Of a DNA stretch of 64,000 bases, positions 11,161 through 20,875 are shown in pieces (the stretch's first letter is position 1; the number at the start of each line of letters is the position of its first letter). The notes beneath the pieces are model-generated. The model was not told the DNA's origin. It searched no databases and was given only the letters and a program-made list of their open reading frames with translations. The stretch is from Gemmatimonadota bacterium (GTDB taxonomy: Bacteria; Gemmatimonadota; Gemmatimonadetes; Palauibacterales; Palauibacteraceae), in contig JAVVDU010000010.1 of the NCBI GenBank assembly GCA_032251515.1, positions 5,244 to 69,243 on the forward strand, in the 5' to 3' direction. The position numbers were made by a program, and so were the translations under genes.

Positions 11161-11718
11161 TCAGACCTCCATCACCTCGGCTTCCCTGTGCTCCAGCATC
11201 TCGTCGATGCGCGCGATGTGCTCGTCGGTGAGCTTCTGCACGGCGTCCATCTGCCGCCGACCCTCGTCCTCGCCGATCTCCCCCTCCTTGACCTTCGCCT
11301 CGATCTCGGACTTCGCCTTCTGGCGGGCGTGCCGCACCGCGATGCGCCCTTCCTCGGCGAACTTGTGCAGGAGCTTCACCATGTCCTTGCGCCGCTCCTC
11401 GGTGAGGGCGGGGATCGAGACCCGGATCAGGTTGCCGTCCACGGAGGGGTTCAGTCCCAGGTCGGCCGACTGGATCGCCTTCGCCACGGCGTTCACGAGG
11501 TTCGCATCCCACGGCTGGACGACCAGCAGCTGGGGCTCCGGCGCGGACACGGATGCGGTCTGCTTCAGGGGCATGCGCGACCCGTACGCCTCCACCTGCA
11601 CGACATCGAGAAGCGCCGGCGAGGCCTTGCCCGTCCTGACGCCCGCGAATTCGCGCTGCACGGCCTCCACGTTCCGGTCCATCTGGGTAGAAGCTTCCTT
11701 GAGCGTCGGGCTCGTCAT
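11161..11718 (-). CDS. frr: ribosome recycling factor
   Basis: Start taken at the internal M (MTSPTLKEASTQMDRNVEAVQREFAGVRTGKASPALLD...). 185 aa, typical Frr. Confidence 0.9.
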   Translation of the reverse strand: MTSPTLKEASTQMDRNVEAVQREFAGVRTGKASPALLDVVQVEAYGSRMPLKQTASVSAPEPQLLVVQPWDANLVNAVAKAIQSADLGLNPSVDGNLIRVSIPALTEERRKDMVKLLHKFAEEGRIAVRHARQKAKSEIEAKVKEGEIGEDEGRRQMDAVQKLTDEHIARIDEMLEHREAEVMEV

Positions 11719-11729
11719 TTCGCCACCTC

Positions 11730-12443
11730 TCAGGTTACGAGCGTCCCGATCCGCTCTCCCCGCAGGGCGGAGAGAATCGCCCCCGGCCGGCGGATGTTGA
11801 GCACGATGACGGGAAGCTGGTTCTCCCGGCACAGCGACATGGCAGCCGCGTCCATCACCTGCAGCTCGTTGTTGATCACGTCCCGGTAGGTCAGCTCCTC
11901 GAGGAACTCCGCCTCGGGATGCTCGGCCGGGTCGGCCGAGTACACGCCGTCGACCTTCGTCGCCTTCAGGATGACGTCGGCCTCCATCTCGATGGCCCGG
12001 AGAACCGCCGCCGTGTCGGTGGAAAAGTACGGGTTGCCGGTACCGCCCGCGAAGATCACGACGCGCCCCTTCTCGAGGTGCCGCAGGGCGCGGCGCCGGA
12101 TGTACGGCTCCGCCAGCTGTTCCATGCGGATCGCCGTCATCACGCGCGTCTCCACGCCCGAGCGCTCGAGCGCGTCCTGGAGGGCGAGGGCGTTGATCAC
12201 GGTGGCCAGCATGCCCATGTAGTCAGCGGACACCCGGTCCATGCCCTCGCGGCTGGCCTCGGTGCCGCGGACGATGTTTCCGCCCCCCACCACGAGGCCC
12301 AGCCTCACCCCCGCGGCGTGTACGGCACCGATCTCGCCGGTGAGGGTCTCGACGACCTGCGGCTCGATGCCGAATCCACGGGCCCCGGCGAGCGACTCGC
12401 CGGAGAGCTTCACCAGGGCCCGGGGATAGCGCAATCCGGTCAC
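11730..12443 (-). CDS. pyrH: UMP kinase
   Basis: [48 protein letters not shown]. Confidence 0.9.
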   Translation of the reverse strand: MTGLRYPRALVKLSGESLAGARGFGIEPQVVETLTGEIGAVHAAGVRLGLVVGGGNIVRGTEASREGMDRVSADYMGMLATVINALALQDALERSGVETRVMTAIRMEQLAEPYIRRRALRHLEKGRVVIFAGGTGNPYFSTDTAAVLRAIEMEADVILKATKVDGVYSADPAEHPEAEFLEELTYRDVINNELQVMDAAAMSLCRENQLPVIVLNIRRPGAILSALRGERIGTLVT

Positions 12444-12453
12444 GGCCGGCGCC

Positions 12454-13305
12454 TCACTCCCCGATCTCGAACCGCGCGAAGCCGCGTACCGTCACGGCCT
12501 CGCCGTGCCGCCCCAGCAGCTCGCCCACCGTCACGTCGGGCTCGCGCACGAACGGCTGCAGGAGAAGCGCCTGCTGCTCGAAGAACTTCCGCATCCGTCC
12601 CTCCACGATCCGCTCGACGATCGCCTCGGGCTTGCCCTCGGCCTTCGTCTGTTCCGCCAGCACGGCCCGTTCCCGGTCTCGCACGTCCGCCGGGATGTCC
12701 TCCGGGGTCACCCCGGCCGGACGGGTCGCCGCCACGTGCATCGCGACCTGGCCCGCCACCGCGCGCGCATCGTCTCCCTCCGCCCCTTCGAGCTCCACCA
12801 CGACTCCGCGCTTGCCGTCGAAGTGAAGGTAGCTGCCGAGGGCCCGATCCGGGGCCGCCGCGAAGCGCACCGCCCGGTGCACCTGGATGTTCTCGCCGAT
12901 GCGGGAGCGCAGGTCGGCCACCTCGTTCGCGAAGGGCGCGAACGCCGGGCGAGCGAGCAGCGTCTCGCCGTCCACCGGCCGGCCGGAATCGAGATCCGAG
13001 GCGGCGACCGCCTCGGCGAGCCGGCGCGCGAACTCCTGGAAGTCCGCGTTGCGCGCCACGAAATCCGTCTCGCTCGCCACCGCCACCATCGCGGTGGCGT
13101 CCCCGCTCTCGACGATCTGCACGCTTCCCTCGGTCGTGTCGCGACCGGCGCGCTTCGCCGCCTTGGCGCTGCCCCACTGGCGGAGCAGGTCGATCGCCTT
13201 CTCCTCGTCGCCGCCGGCCTCGGACAGGGCCTTCTTACAATCCATCATTCCCGCGCCCGTGCGGTCGCGCAAGGATTTCACCGCCTGTGCCGTGATCCCG
13301 GACAT
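12454..13305 (-). CDS. tsf: translation elongation factor Ts
   Basis: Internal start [27 protein letters not shown]; UBA-like N-terminus plus the EF-Ts dimerisation domain. Confidence 0.9.
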   Translation of the reverse strand: MSGITAQAVKSLRDRTGAGMMDCKKALSEAGGDEEKAIDLLRQWGSAKAAKRAGRDTTEGSVQIVESGDATAMVAVASETDFVARNADFQEFARRLAEAVAASDLDSGRPVDGETLLARPAFAPFANEVADLRSRIGENIQVHRAVRFAAAPDRALGSYLHFDGKRGVVVELEGAEGDDARAVAGQVAMHVAATRPAGVTPEDIPADVRDRERAVLAEQTKAEGKPEAIVERIVEGRMRKFFEQQALLLQPFVREPDVTVGELLGRHGEAVTVRGFARFEIGE

Positions 13306-13403
13306 CTCTGCCTGCTCTCCTCGCTCTGGGTCCCGGAGGCCACGTGGCGCGCATGCGTCGCGGCCGGTCGGGCCCGGTTCTCCGTGTGAAATCCGACTTC
13401 CCC

Positions 13404-13430
13404 AAAAAAAAAGGGCCACCGAGGTGGCCC
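13404..13430 (-). terminator. intrinsic terminator (or attenuator) between rpsB and tsf
   Basis: Minus-strand RNA GGGCCACC-UC-GGUGGCCC followed by a U9 run; 14 nt after the rpsB stop. This is the only long homopolymer in the window. Confidence 0.6.
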
Positions 13431-13443
13431 GCCGCCCCGCGGA

Positions 13444-14481
13444 TCAGGGAGAGCCGCCGGCCTCCCTGTCGCGCTCCGCCGCGGGCGCGGCCCCGGCTTC
13501 TTTGGCTTCCGGCTCGCCACCGCCGGCGTCCGTCACCGTCCCGGACGTCTCGTCCGCGGCAGCGACGTCCTCGGAACCGGCCTCCTCGGACGCGCCGGCC
13601 GGCCCCTCCGAGTCGTCCGCCGTCTCCGCGCTGCCCGGCTCGGGATCGGTCGGATGCAGCCGCCGCTTGATGAGCTCCGGCTTCGGCCGGCGCCGCGGCC
13701 GCTTCCGCCGCTTGGTCGGGCCCGCCGCTTCCGCCTCTCCCGTCTCGGTCGAGTACGTGTAGACCTCGCCCTCCTCCTCGGCGGCCTCGCCCTTCGGCTT
13801 GTCGCGCCGGGCGGCCTCGATCTCGTCGCAGATCGCCCGGGTGATCAGGGACACGGACCGAATCGCGTCGTCGTTGCCCGCGATGGGCACGGTCAGCATG
13901 TCCGGATCCGCGTTCGTGTCGGCGATGGCCACCACGGGGATCCCGAGACGGTTCGCCTCGCGGACCGCGATCTCCTCCTTCTTGGCGTCGACCACGAACA
14001 CGACGCCGGGAAGGCGATTCATGTCCTTGATGCCGGAGAGGTACCGGTCCAGCTTCTGGCGCTCCCGCTCGAGCAGCAGCTTTTCCTTCTTCGTGTAGAA
14101 CTCGAACGCCCCCTCCTCGGAGCCTCTCTCCAGCTCCTTGAGGCGGCGGATGTTCTGTTTGATCGTCTGGAAGTTCGTGAGCATGCCGCCGAGCCAGCGC
14201 TCGGTGACGTAAAACGTGCCCACGCGCTCCGCCTCCGCCCGGATGATCGGGGCGAGCTGCGGCTTGGTGCACACGAACAGGACGCCGCCGCCCGCACGGA
14301 CGGTCTCGCCGACGAGGGCGCGCGCCCGGTTCAGCTCCCGCAGCGTCTTCTTGAGGTCGATCAGGTAGATCCCGCCGCGCTCGGCGAAGATGTACCGGCG
14401 CATCTTCGGGTTCCAGCGGTGCGTCTGGTGCCCGAAGTGCACGCCCGCCTGCAGGAGTTCCTTCAGTCCGACTTCAGTCAT
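13444..14481 (-). CDS. rpsB: 30S ribosomal protein S2, with ~95-aa acidic C-terminal extension
   Basis: MTEVGLKELLQAGVHFGHQTHRWNPKMRRYIF...; the S2 core is followed by a long Glu/Asp/Ala/Gly-rich tail. Confidence 0.9.
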   Translation of the reverse strand: MTEVGLKELLQAGVHFGHQTHRWNPKMRRYIFAERGGIYLIDLKKTLRELNRARALVGETVRAGGGVLFVCTKPQLAPIIRAEAERVGTFYVTERWLGGMLTNFQTIKQNIRRLKELERGSEEGAFEFYTKKEKLLLERERQKLDRYLSGIKDMNRLPGVVFVVDAKKEEIAVREANRLGIPVVAIADTNADPDMLTVPIAGNDDAIRSVSLITRAICDEIEAARRDKPKGEAAEEEGEVYTYSTETGEAEAAGPTKRRKRPRRRPKPELIKRRLHPTDPEPGSAETADDSEGPAGASEEAGSEDVAAADETSGTVTDAGGGEPEAKEAGAAPAAERDREAGGSP

Positions 14482-14529
14482 GGGGTCCCGTGCTCGCTGG
14501 TCGATGTCGGTCGGTGTGGCGGCCCTGGA

Positions 14530-14925
14530 TCAGCGCTTCGAGAACTGGAAGCGCTTGCGGGCCTTCGGCCGGCCCGGCTTCTTGCGCTCCACGACACGCG
14601 GATCGCGCGTCAGGAGATCGTGCGCGCGCAGCGTCTGTCGCGTTTCCTCGTCCGACGAGAGGATGGCGCGGGCGATGGCCAGGCGGATCGCGTCGGCCTG
14701 GCCGGTCGGACCGCCGCCCCGCACGCGTATGTGGACGTCGAACGGGCCCACGTCGTCGATGACCTGGAGCGGCTTGCGCACCATCTCCTGGTGGCGGAGC
14801 TGCGGGAAGTACTCCTCCAGCGACCGCCCGTTGATCCTCCAGCCGGCCCCGCCGGGGGTCAGCCACACTCGCGCGACCGCCGCCTTGCGGCGCCCTACCG
14901 CCTGGAACTTCGTCTGATCCGTCAA
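14530..14925 (-). CDS. rpsI: 30S ribosomal protein S9
   Basis: GRRKAAVARVWL..., with the C-terminal PGRPKARKRFQFSKR. Confidence 0.9.
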   Translation of the reverse strand: MTDQTKFQAVGRRKAAVARVWLTPGGAGWRINGRSLEEYFPQLRHQEMVRKPLQVIDDVGPFDVHIRVRGGGPTGQADAIRLAIARAILSSDEETRQTLRAHDLLTRDPRVVERKKPGRPKARKRFQFSKR

Positions 14926-14968
14926 GCTTCCTCCGGCACCGGTCTGGTTGCTGCGGGGCCTGCGTGTC

Positions 14969-15397
14969 TCAGAACTCCAGCGCGCGGGGCTGCTGCGCCG
15001 CGTGCGGATGATCGGGTCCCGCGTACACCTTCAGCTTGGACAGCTGCCGACGCCCCAGCGCGTTCTTGGGCAGCATGCCCTTCACGGCCAGCTCGATGAC
15101 GCGCTCCGGGTAGCGGGCCATCATCGTCCGATAGGGGATGCGCCGTTCGCCTCCCATGTAGCCGCTGTGGCGGAAGTACTCCTTCTGGTCCGCCTTACGG
15201 CCCGTCAACCGGACGTCCCGCGCGTTCACGACGATCACGAAATCGCCCACGTCCAGGTGCGTGCTGTACGTCGGCTTGTGCTTCCCCTTGAGGACCGAGG
15301 CGACACGCGTGGCCAGGCGCCCGAGCACCTGGTCGCGGGCATCCACCACGAACCAGTCCCGCTGGATCTCACCGCCCTTGACTGAATACGTCTTCAT
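14969..15397 (-). CDS. rplM: 50S ribosomal protein L13
   Basis: Internal start [20 protein letters not shown]...; 142 aa. Confidence 0.9.
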   Translation of the reverse strand: MKTYSVKGGEIQRDWFVVDARDQVLGRLATRVASVLKGKHKPTYSTHLDVGDFVIVVNARDVRLTGRKADQKEYFRHSGYMGGERRIPYRTMMARYPERVIELAVKGMLPKNALGRRQLSKLKVYAGPDHPHAAQQPRALEF

Positions 15398-15447
15398 CAC
15401 CGCGTCGCCCGTTCGCACGCGCCACGAATCGCTTCCGGCGTCGTGGG

Positions 15448-15487
15448 GAGAAAAAGCCGGCCGCCCCGCGTGTGGCAAGGGCGGCCG
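15448..15487 (-). terminator. candidate intrinsic terminator after the sigma-factor gene
   Basis: Minus-strand hairpin CGGCCGCCC-(12 nt)-GGGCGGCCG followed by GCUUUUUC. Confidence 0.35.
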
Positions 15488-15602
15488 CATCGATCCACTC
15501 GCAGCCGAGGAACCTACCGAGCCTCATCGAACGTGTCAACCCGCGTGCGGCCGGGCCGCGGGACGACACGGCGGGGCGCTCCAGGGCCCGGCCGACGGCG
15601 CG

Positions 15603-16451
15603 TCAATCGGACCGGAACGTATCCAGCCGGTCGCCGGATTCGCCCAGCCGAAGCCGCATGAGCGCCCGGTCCTTGATGGCCCGGACCCGCTCCCGGGACA
15701 GGCCCACGTGCCCGGCGATCTCCTCCAGCGTCTGCGGCGGCTCCGCACCGAGCCCGTAGTACCGCCGGACGATGTCCGCCTCCCGCTCGGGAATCCGGGT
15801 CAGGCCGTCCTCGATCGCCTCCCGCAGCGCCTCGCGGTCCGCCTTCTCGTCCAGGTCCACGCCGCCCGGGTCCTGGACCAGGTCGAGCAGCGTCGAGGCG
15901 GCGTGCCCGGCGACGGCCGCGTCGAGCGACACGTATCCGGCGCGCGCCGTCAGGGCGTCGGCGACCTCCTGCGGAGTCATGCCGACCTCCTCGGCGATCT
16001 CCTCGATGCGCGGCTCCCGCCCGAGGGACTGCGCGAGCCGGCGCGCGACGCGCGTGATCCGCTGCGCCGTGTCGATCCGGCCGGACGGATAGCGGACGAT
16101 GCGGGCCCCTTCCGACAGGGCGGCGAGGATCGATTGCCGGACCCACCAGGCCGCGTACGATACGAAGCGGACCCCTCTCGTCTCGTCGAACTTCCGCGCC
16201 GCGCGCAGGAGCCCGAGGTTGCCCTCGGTGACCAGGTCGGACAGCGGAACGCCGTGCCCCTCGAAGCGACGGGCCATGGCCACCACGTACCGCAGGTTTC
16301 CCCCCACCAGCGTCTCGAGCGCGGCGCTGTCCCCGGACCGGATGCGGCGGGCCAGCTCGACCTCCGCCTCACGGTCGAGACGGGGCTGAACCGCGATCTC
16401 GCGCAGGTACATTCCGAGCGCGTTCGACTCGGACTCTTCTCTCCTCGACAT
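15603..16451 (-). CDS. sigma-70 family RNA polymerase sigma factor; regions 1.2, 2, 3 and 4, no region 1.1; group uncertain
   Basis: Region 2: LVTEGNLGLLRAARKFDETRGVRFVSYAAWWVRQSI. Region 4: TLEEIAGHVGLSRERVRAIKDRALMRLR. Confidence 0.8.
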   Translation of the reverse strand: MSRREESESNALGMYLREIAVQPRLDREAEVELARRIRSGDSAALETLVGGNLRYVVAMARRFEGHGVPLSDLVTEGNLGLLRAARKFDETRGVRFVSYAAWWVRQSILAALSEGARIVRYPSGRIDTAQRITRVARRLAQSLGREPRIEEIAEEVGMTPQEVADALTARAGYVSLDAAVAGHAASTLLDLVQDPGGVDLDEKADREALREAIEDGLTRIPEREADIVRRYYGLGAEPPQTLEEIAGHVGLSRERVRAIKDRALMRLRLGESGDRLDTFRSD

Positions 16452-16533
16452 GGGCGAACCGGATGTCTGCAGGTCAGTACCGGGGCGGAGGCCGCATACC
16501 GGTCGCCAGGGGCGGCCGGGTCCGCCGGATCGC

Positions 16534-17310
16534 TCAGTGTATGGGACTCAGGAGCCGCCCCCAGCGGATCTCCGTGATCCACGGAAACGGCACCATCTTG
16601 TTCCTGTCGTAGGAAAAGTAGATCACCAGCGGCCGTCCCTTCACCGCATCGGAAGGAACGAAGCCCCAGTAGCGGGAGTCCTCCGAGTTGTCCCGGTTGT
16701 CGCCCATCACGAAGAAGCTGTCCGGTGAGACGACGATCGGACCCCAGTTGTCGCGGGTCGGCCGGTACTCCTGCACCCGCCGCCCGTCCGCCCGCACGAG
16801 ATGGGAGCGCTGCCAGTCGAACTGCGGACTGCGCGGATCCTCGAAGGGTCGGCTGTGCTTCGCGTACGGCTCGGCGACCGCCACGCCGTTCCGGTACAGC
16901 TGGCCGTCGACCATCATGAGGGTGTCGCCCGGCAGGCCGACGATCCGCTTCACGTAGTTCGTGTTCGCCACCTGGCCGGCCCGCTCCGGCGGCTCGAAGA
17001 CCGCGATGTCGCCGCGCCCCGGGGGATCGAGGGCCGGCAGGCGCAGGCTCGTGCCGGGAATCTCCGCTCCGTAAACCATCTTGTTCACGAGGAGAAAGTC
17101 TCCCACCAGGAGGGTGTTCTCCATCGACCCGGTCGGGATCTGGAACGCCTCGACCACGAACGTCCGGACGAGCAGGAAGAGGAGGAGCGCCACGGCCCCC
17201 GACTTCGTCCACTCCCACAGCCAGCGGCCCACCGAACCCGAATCCCCGGTCCGGTGCGCCGTCCCCTTCTGTCGTTCGCTCTTCGCCATTCTCCCCGTTC
17301 CCGGTTCCAC
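16534..17310 (-). CDS. lepB: signal peptidase I
   Basis: TM segment plus the catalytic box GSMENTLLVGDFLLVNKMVYG, and later motifs VKRIVGLPGD and GDNRDNSEDSRYWG. Confidence 0.9.
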   Translation of the reverse strand: MEPGTGRMAKSERQKGTAHRTGDSGSVGRWLWEWTKSGAVALLLFLLVRTFVVEAFQIPTGSMENTLLVGDFLLVNKMVYGAEIPGTSLRLPALDPPGRGDIAVFEPPERAGQVANTNYVKRIVGLPGDTLMMVDGQLYRNGVAVAEPYAKHSRPFEDPRSPQFDWQRSHLVRADGRRVQEYRPTRDNWGPIVVSPDSFFVMGDNRDNSEDSRYWGFVPSDAVKGRPLVIYFSYDRNKMVPFPWITEIRWGRLLSPIH

Positions 17311-17374
17311 GTGATCGTGTCTGTCTCGTGTCTGTCCGGGGCCGAAACGCTACATCCGGACCCTCAACAGAATA

Positions 17375-18175
17375 TCAACTCCAATGCAACCCCGCCGTTG
17401 CGCCCCGGTTTCCACGCCCCCGCCGGCGGGCGGCGGCACGGACCGCGGCATCGTTCGAGGCGCTCGCCGCGCCGGTGGTCGTGCCACGCCGGAACTCGAG
17501 CCCTCCGGGTCCCGTCCGCACCTCCGTGATGTGCGGCGGCAGCGGGACGAGGAGGCGGGGACCGGCCGCGCGCACCCCGGGAATCTGCAGGCGGGGCAGC
17601 AGCAGGGGAATCGCCAGCGCCGGAACGACGATCGGGCCGGCCTGCAGGGCGATCACCCGCAGCGCCCCGGTCCCCGGCTCGCGCACCTCCGGCACGAGCT
17701 CTACCGCGAGGCGTGCCGTGTCGGCCAGGATGTCCCGGATCACCTCCGGCGGCGCGACGCCGGACAGGTGCTCCGGCCGCAACCGGGCCGTCAGGACGAG
17801 GGTGGAGTCGCGGACCTCCACCGTCGGGTCCTCGATCCCCGCGGCGAGCAGGGGACCCCACGTATACGTGAGCAGGCTCTGCAGTTCGGCCTCGGAGAGG
17901 CGCACCGTTCCCCCGTCCGGGTCCGCCAGCTCCCGGATCCGGGCCTCGGCCCGCCGCGCCAGGGCCTCGCTCGGCTGGGAGGCGGGAGCCAGCTCGATCC
18001 GCCCCGCGAGCCGCGACAGGGGAGCGCGGAACGCCCACGCCCCGGCCGCCACGAGCGCGACCGCGAGCAGACATCCGATTCCCGACCGGCGTCTTCTTCC
18101 CACCCGCCCCTCTCCTCTCCCGGCGAGCGCGGACGAACCGCGCCTTCCGTCCGGGCGGCCCGCACGGCGGGCCAC
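17375..18175 (-). CDS. hypothetical membrane-anchored protein
   Basis: Sits 3 nt downstream of thpR on the same strand. Arg-rich N-terminus plus a TM segment (IGCLLAVALVAAGAWAF). No recognised family. Confidence 0.4.
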   Translation of the reverse strand: MARRAGRPDGRRGSSALAGRGEGRVGRRRRSGIGCLLAVALVAAGAWAFRAPLSRLAGRIELAPASQPSEALARRAEARIRELADPDGGTVRLSEAELQSLLTYTWGPLLAAGIEDPTVEVRDSTLVLTARLRPEHLSGVAPPEVIRDILADTARLAVELVPEVREPGTGALRVIALQAGPIVVPALAIPLLLPRLQIPGVRAAGPRLLVPLPPHITEVRTGPGGLEFRRGTTTGAASASNDAAVRAAARRRGRGNRGATAGLHWS

Positions 18176-18178
18176 CGC

Positions 18179-18742
18179 TCAATCGTTCGCGAGAAACGCC
18201 GTGTGCAGCGTCCGGTGCTCGTACTCCGCCGGGCCGGGAACGCTGCACACGAGATCCACCCGCGACACCTCGAAACCGTCGACCGTTTCCGCCCCGCACG
18301 TGGCGCGCGCCAGCGCCTCGGCCGCCGCCGGCCCGCCTCCGGGGCGGACGCGGCCCAGCGTCAGGTGCGGACGGAACGCCTTCCCATCGCCCGGGTGCCC
18401 GACGGCGGCCAGGGCGCGTTCGACGTCCGCGTACAGCCCGCCGAGCGCCGCGTCGGCCTCCACGCCCAGCCACAGCACGCGCGGCCGGCGCGGCGAGGGA
18501 AAGGCCCCGGGCCGCCCGAACCGCAGGCGGAACGACGGCCGCGACGCGACGGCGCCGTCGAGCGCCCGCACGATCCCGGCGACCTCCGCCTCGGGCACTT
18601 CGCCGAGGAAGCGCAGGGTCAGGTGGAGCCGCTCGGGCCGTACCCACCGGGCCCGGACCCCACCCCGCCGGAACGCTCCGGCCAGCCTGTCGATGGCCGC
18701 CCGCCGATCCGCCGGCACCGGGATGGCGACGAACACCCGCAT
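18179..18742 (-). CDS. thpR: RNA 2',3'-cyclic phosphodiesterase (ThpR/LigT, 2H family)
   Basis: Two H-x-T/S-x motifs: HLTLRFLG and HLTLGR. Confidence 0.85.
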   Translation of the reverse strand: MRVFVAIPVPADRRAAIDRLAGAFRRGGVRARWVRPERLHLTLRFLGEVPEAEVAGIVRALDGAVASRPSFRLRFGRPGAFPSPRRPRVLWLGVEADAALGGLYADVERALAAVGHPGDGKAFRPHLTLGRVRPGGGPAAAEALARATCGAETVDGFEVSRVDLVCSVPGPAEYEHRTLHTAFLAND

Positions 18743-18897
18743 TTCCCCACCTCGCGCGGTCCGTGTGCAACGCCGGCAGCCGCCCCGGAGGTTCCGGCGC
18801 GCCGCCGGTCTCCTTTCCCCGCCCCACGCCCCTGCCGTACGATGGATCCCTTGACCCGGTTCCGGAGGTGCGCAGGGTGAACATCCAGGATACGAAG

Positions 18898-19410
18898 ATG
18901 CCCGTTCACGCGATCCGCGTCGAGAAGGAGTGCCTCGGCTTCGCCGCCGGGCACTTCATCACGTACGGGGGCGGGCAGTGCGAGACGCTGCACGGCCACA
19001 ACTACCGCACGGGCGTCGAGCTGACCGGCCCGCTCGATGCACACGGCCTGGTGGTGGACTTCGTGATGGTGAAGCGCGAGCTGGAGGGAATCCTCCGTCC
19101 CCTCGATCACCGCATGCTGCTGCCCACCGGCAACCCGGCCCTGTCCGTCGAGCGGCGGGACGGCTCCGTGGAGGTGCGGCACGGCGACCGGCGCTACGTG
19201 TTCCCCGAGGAGGACGTCGCGTTCCTGCCCGTGGCCAACACGACGGCGGAGCTGCTCGCCGGCTGGATCGCGGAGCGGCTCGTGGAGCGGCTGGCGGCTC
19301 ACGGCGTGTCCGAGCCGGACGATCTGGTCATCGAAGTGGAGGAGTCGTTCGGGCAGAGCGCCACGGTTCGCCGCACCGGCGGGCGGCGGACAGCGCCTCC
19401 CGCCACCTGA
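18898..19410 (+). CDS. queD: 6-carboxytetrahydropterin synthase / PTPS-family protein (COG0720)
   Basis: AGHFITYGGGQCETLHGHNYRTGVEL, the C-x3-HGH zinc/catalytic motif. ATG at 18898; an alternative GTG is at 18877. Confidence 0.8.
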   Translation: MPVHAIRVEKECLGFAAGHFITYGGGQCETLHGHNYRTGVELTGPLDAHGLVVDFVMVKRELEGILRPLDHRMLLPTGNPALSVERRDGSVEVRHGDRRYVFPEEDVAFLPVANTTAELLAGWIAERLVERLAAHGVSEPDDLVIEVEESFGQSATVRRTGGRRTAPPAT

Positions 19411-19417
19411 GGCGGCC

Positions 19418-20875
19418 GTGCGGCTGCAGCGGACGGGCCCCGGGCGTCTCGCGGTCAGGGGAGGGCCCGAGCCGTCCGAGGTGTTCCGAGGTCTCGCCGG
19501 CAGGCCGGGGGCGCTGTGGCTCGACAGTTCCCTGCCCGGTGGATCGGCGGGCCGGCGCTCGTTCATCGCGGCGGACCCGTTCGCCGTCCTGACCTGCCGG
19601 GACGGACGCTGCCATCTCGCCGGGGCGGCCGGCGCCTTCCCGGTCGAGGGGCCCCCCTTCGACGCGCTGCACCGCCTGCTCGTGCGCTGGCCGGGCGACC
19701 CGGGAGACACGTTCGCCGGCGGCGCCGCCGGCTTCCTCGGCTACGAGCTCCTGCGCGAGCTGGAGGACGTTCCGCCGGCACGAGACCGCGACCTCGACGT
19801 TCCCGACCTGGAGATCGCCTTCTACGACCTGGTGCTGGGCTGGGACCATGCGGCCGGGTCCGCCTGGATCGCCTCCACGGGGCAGCCGGAGCGGGGGGCG
19901 GCGGCGCACCGGCGCCGGGAAGAGCGGCTCGCCGCCGGAGCGGCCTGGCTGCGGGGGGAGGCTCCGTCCGGGGCGGACCCGGGGCGCCGACCCTCCCCGG
20001 ATGCGCTCGCCACGCCGCCGCCCGGAGCGCCGACCGGCCGGCCGGGCCTCGCGGCGTCGTTCGACCGGCCCGGTTACGAGGCGGCGGTACGGGAGGCCAT
20101 CGAGCGGATCCGGGCGGGCGACATCTTCCAGGTGAACCTCGCGCAGCGCTTCGTGGCGCCGGCCGCCCCCGACCCGCTCGCCTTCCACCTCGCGTTGCGC
20201 GAGAGGTCTCCCGCCCCGTTCGGCGCGTTCTTCCGGGGCCACGACGCGGTGGTCGTGAGCGCCTCGCCGGAGCGCTTCCTCCGCGTGGACGCGGCGGGGC
20301 GGGTGGAGGCGCGCCCCATCAAGGGCACCCGTCCCCGGGGCGACACGCCGGCCCGGGACCGGGCCCTGGCGGCCGAACTGACGGCCAGCGCCAAGGACCG
20401 GGCCGAGAACCTGATGATCGTGGACCTCGTGCGGAACGACCTGTCGCGGGTCTGCCGGCCCGGGACCGTCCGGCCGCGAAAGATCTTCCAGCTCGAGTCG
20501 TACGCGACCGTGCACCACCTCGTCTCGGTGATCGAGGGCCGCCTGCGCCCGGGCACCGGCATCGTCGACCTCCTGCGGGCCGCGTTTCCCTGCGGCTCGG
20601 TCACCGGCGCGCCGAAACCACGGGCCATGGAGATCATCTCCGAGCTGGAACCCGTCCGCCGGGGACCGGCCTACGGCGCGATGGGCTGGTTCGGTGGCCC
20701 CGGGACGGCGGACCTCTCCGTGGCGATCCGCACGGCCGTGCTGAGCGGCGGACGGGCGACGTTCCACGTGGGCGGCGCAGTGGTGGCCGACTCGGACCCG
20801 GCCGCGGAGTACCGCGAGACGCTGGACAAGGGACGGGCCCTCGCGGCGGCCCTGGGAACGGACGAGCTGCAGTGA
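19418..20875 (+). CDS. pabB: aminodeoxychorismate synthase component I, or anthranilate synthase I family
   Basis: Chorismate-binding domain: GDIFQVNLAQRF, SASPERFLRVD, RPIKGTRPRG, ENLMIVDLVRNDL, AFPCGSVTGAPK, GAMGWFG. Confidence 0.85.
   Translation: MRLQRTGPGRLAVRGGPEPSEVFRGLAGRPGALWLDSSLPGGSAGRRSFIAADPFAVLTCRDGRCHLAGAAGAFPVEGPPFDALHRLLVRWPGDPGDTFAGGAAGFLGYELLRELEDVPPARDRDLDVPDLEIAFYDLVLGWDHAAGSAWIASTGQPERGAAAHRRREERLAAGAAWLRGEAPSGADPGRRPSPDALATPPPGAPTGRPGLAASFDRPGYEAAVREAIERIRAGDIFQVNLAQRFVAPAAPDPLAFHLALRERSPAPFGAFFRGHDAVVVSASPERFLRVDAAGRVEARPIKGTRPRGDTPARDRALAAELTASAKDRAENLMIVDLVRNDLSRVCRPGTVRPRKIFQLESYATVHHLVSVIEGRLRPGTGIVDLLRAAFPCGSVTGAPKPRAMEIISELEPVRRGPAYGAMGWFGGPGTADLSVAIRTAVLSGGRATFHVGGAVVADSDPAAEYRETLDKGRALAAALGTDELQ

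Noticed and set aside
15603-16451. Calling the sigma factor RpoD or assigning a specific group (RpoS, FliA, SigB)
   Set aside because: Only 282 aa, without region 1.1 or the non-conserved insert. It cannot be assigned to a group by eye.
17328-18884. Three overlapping ~500-aa ORFs on both strands covering the hypothetical/thpR region
   Set aside because: Arg/Pro-rich shadows. The thpR 2H motifs and the coupled downstream ORF explain the region.
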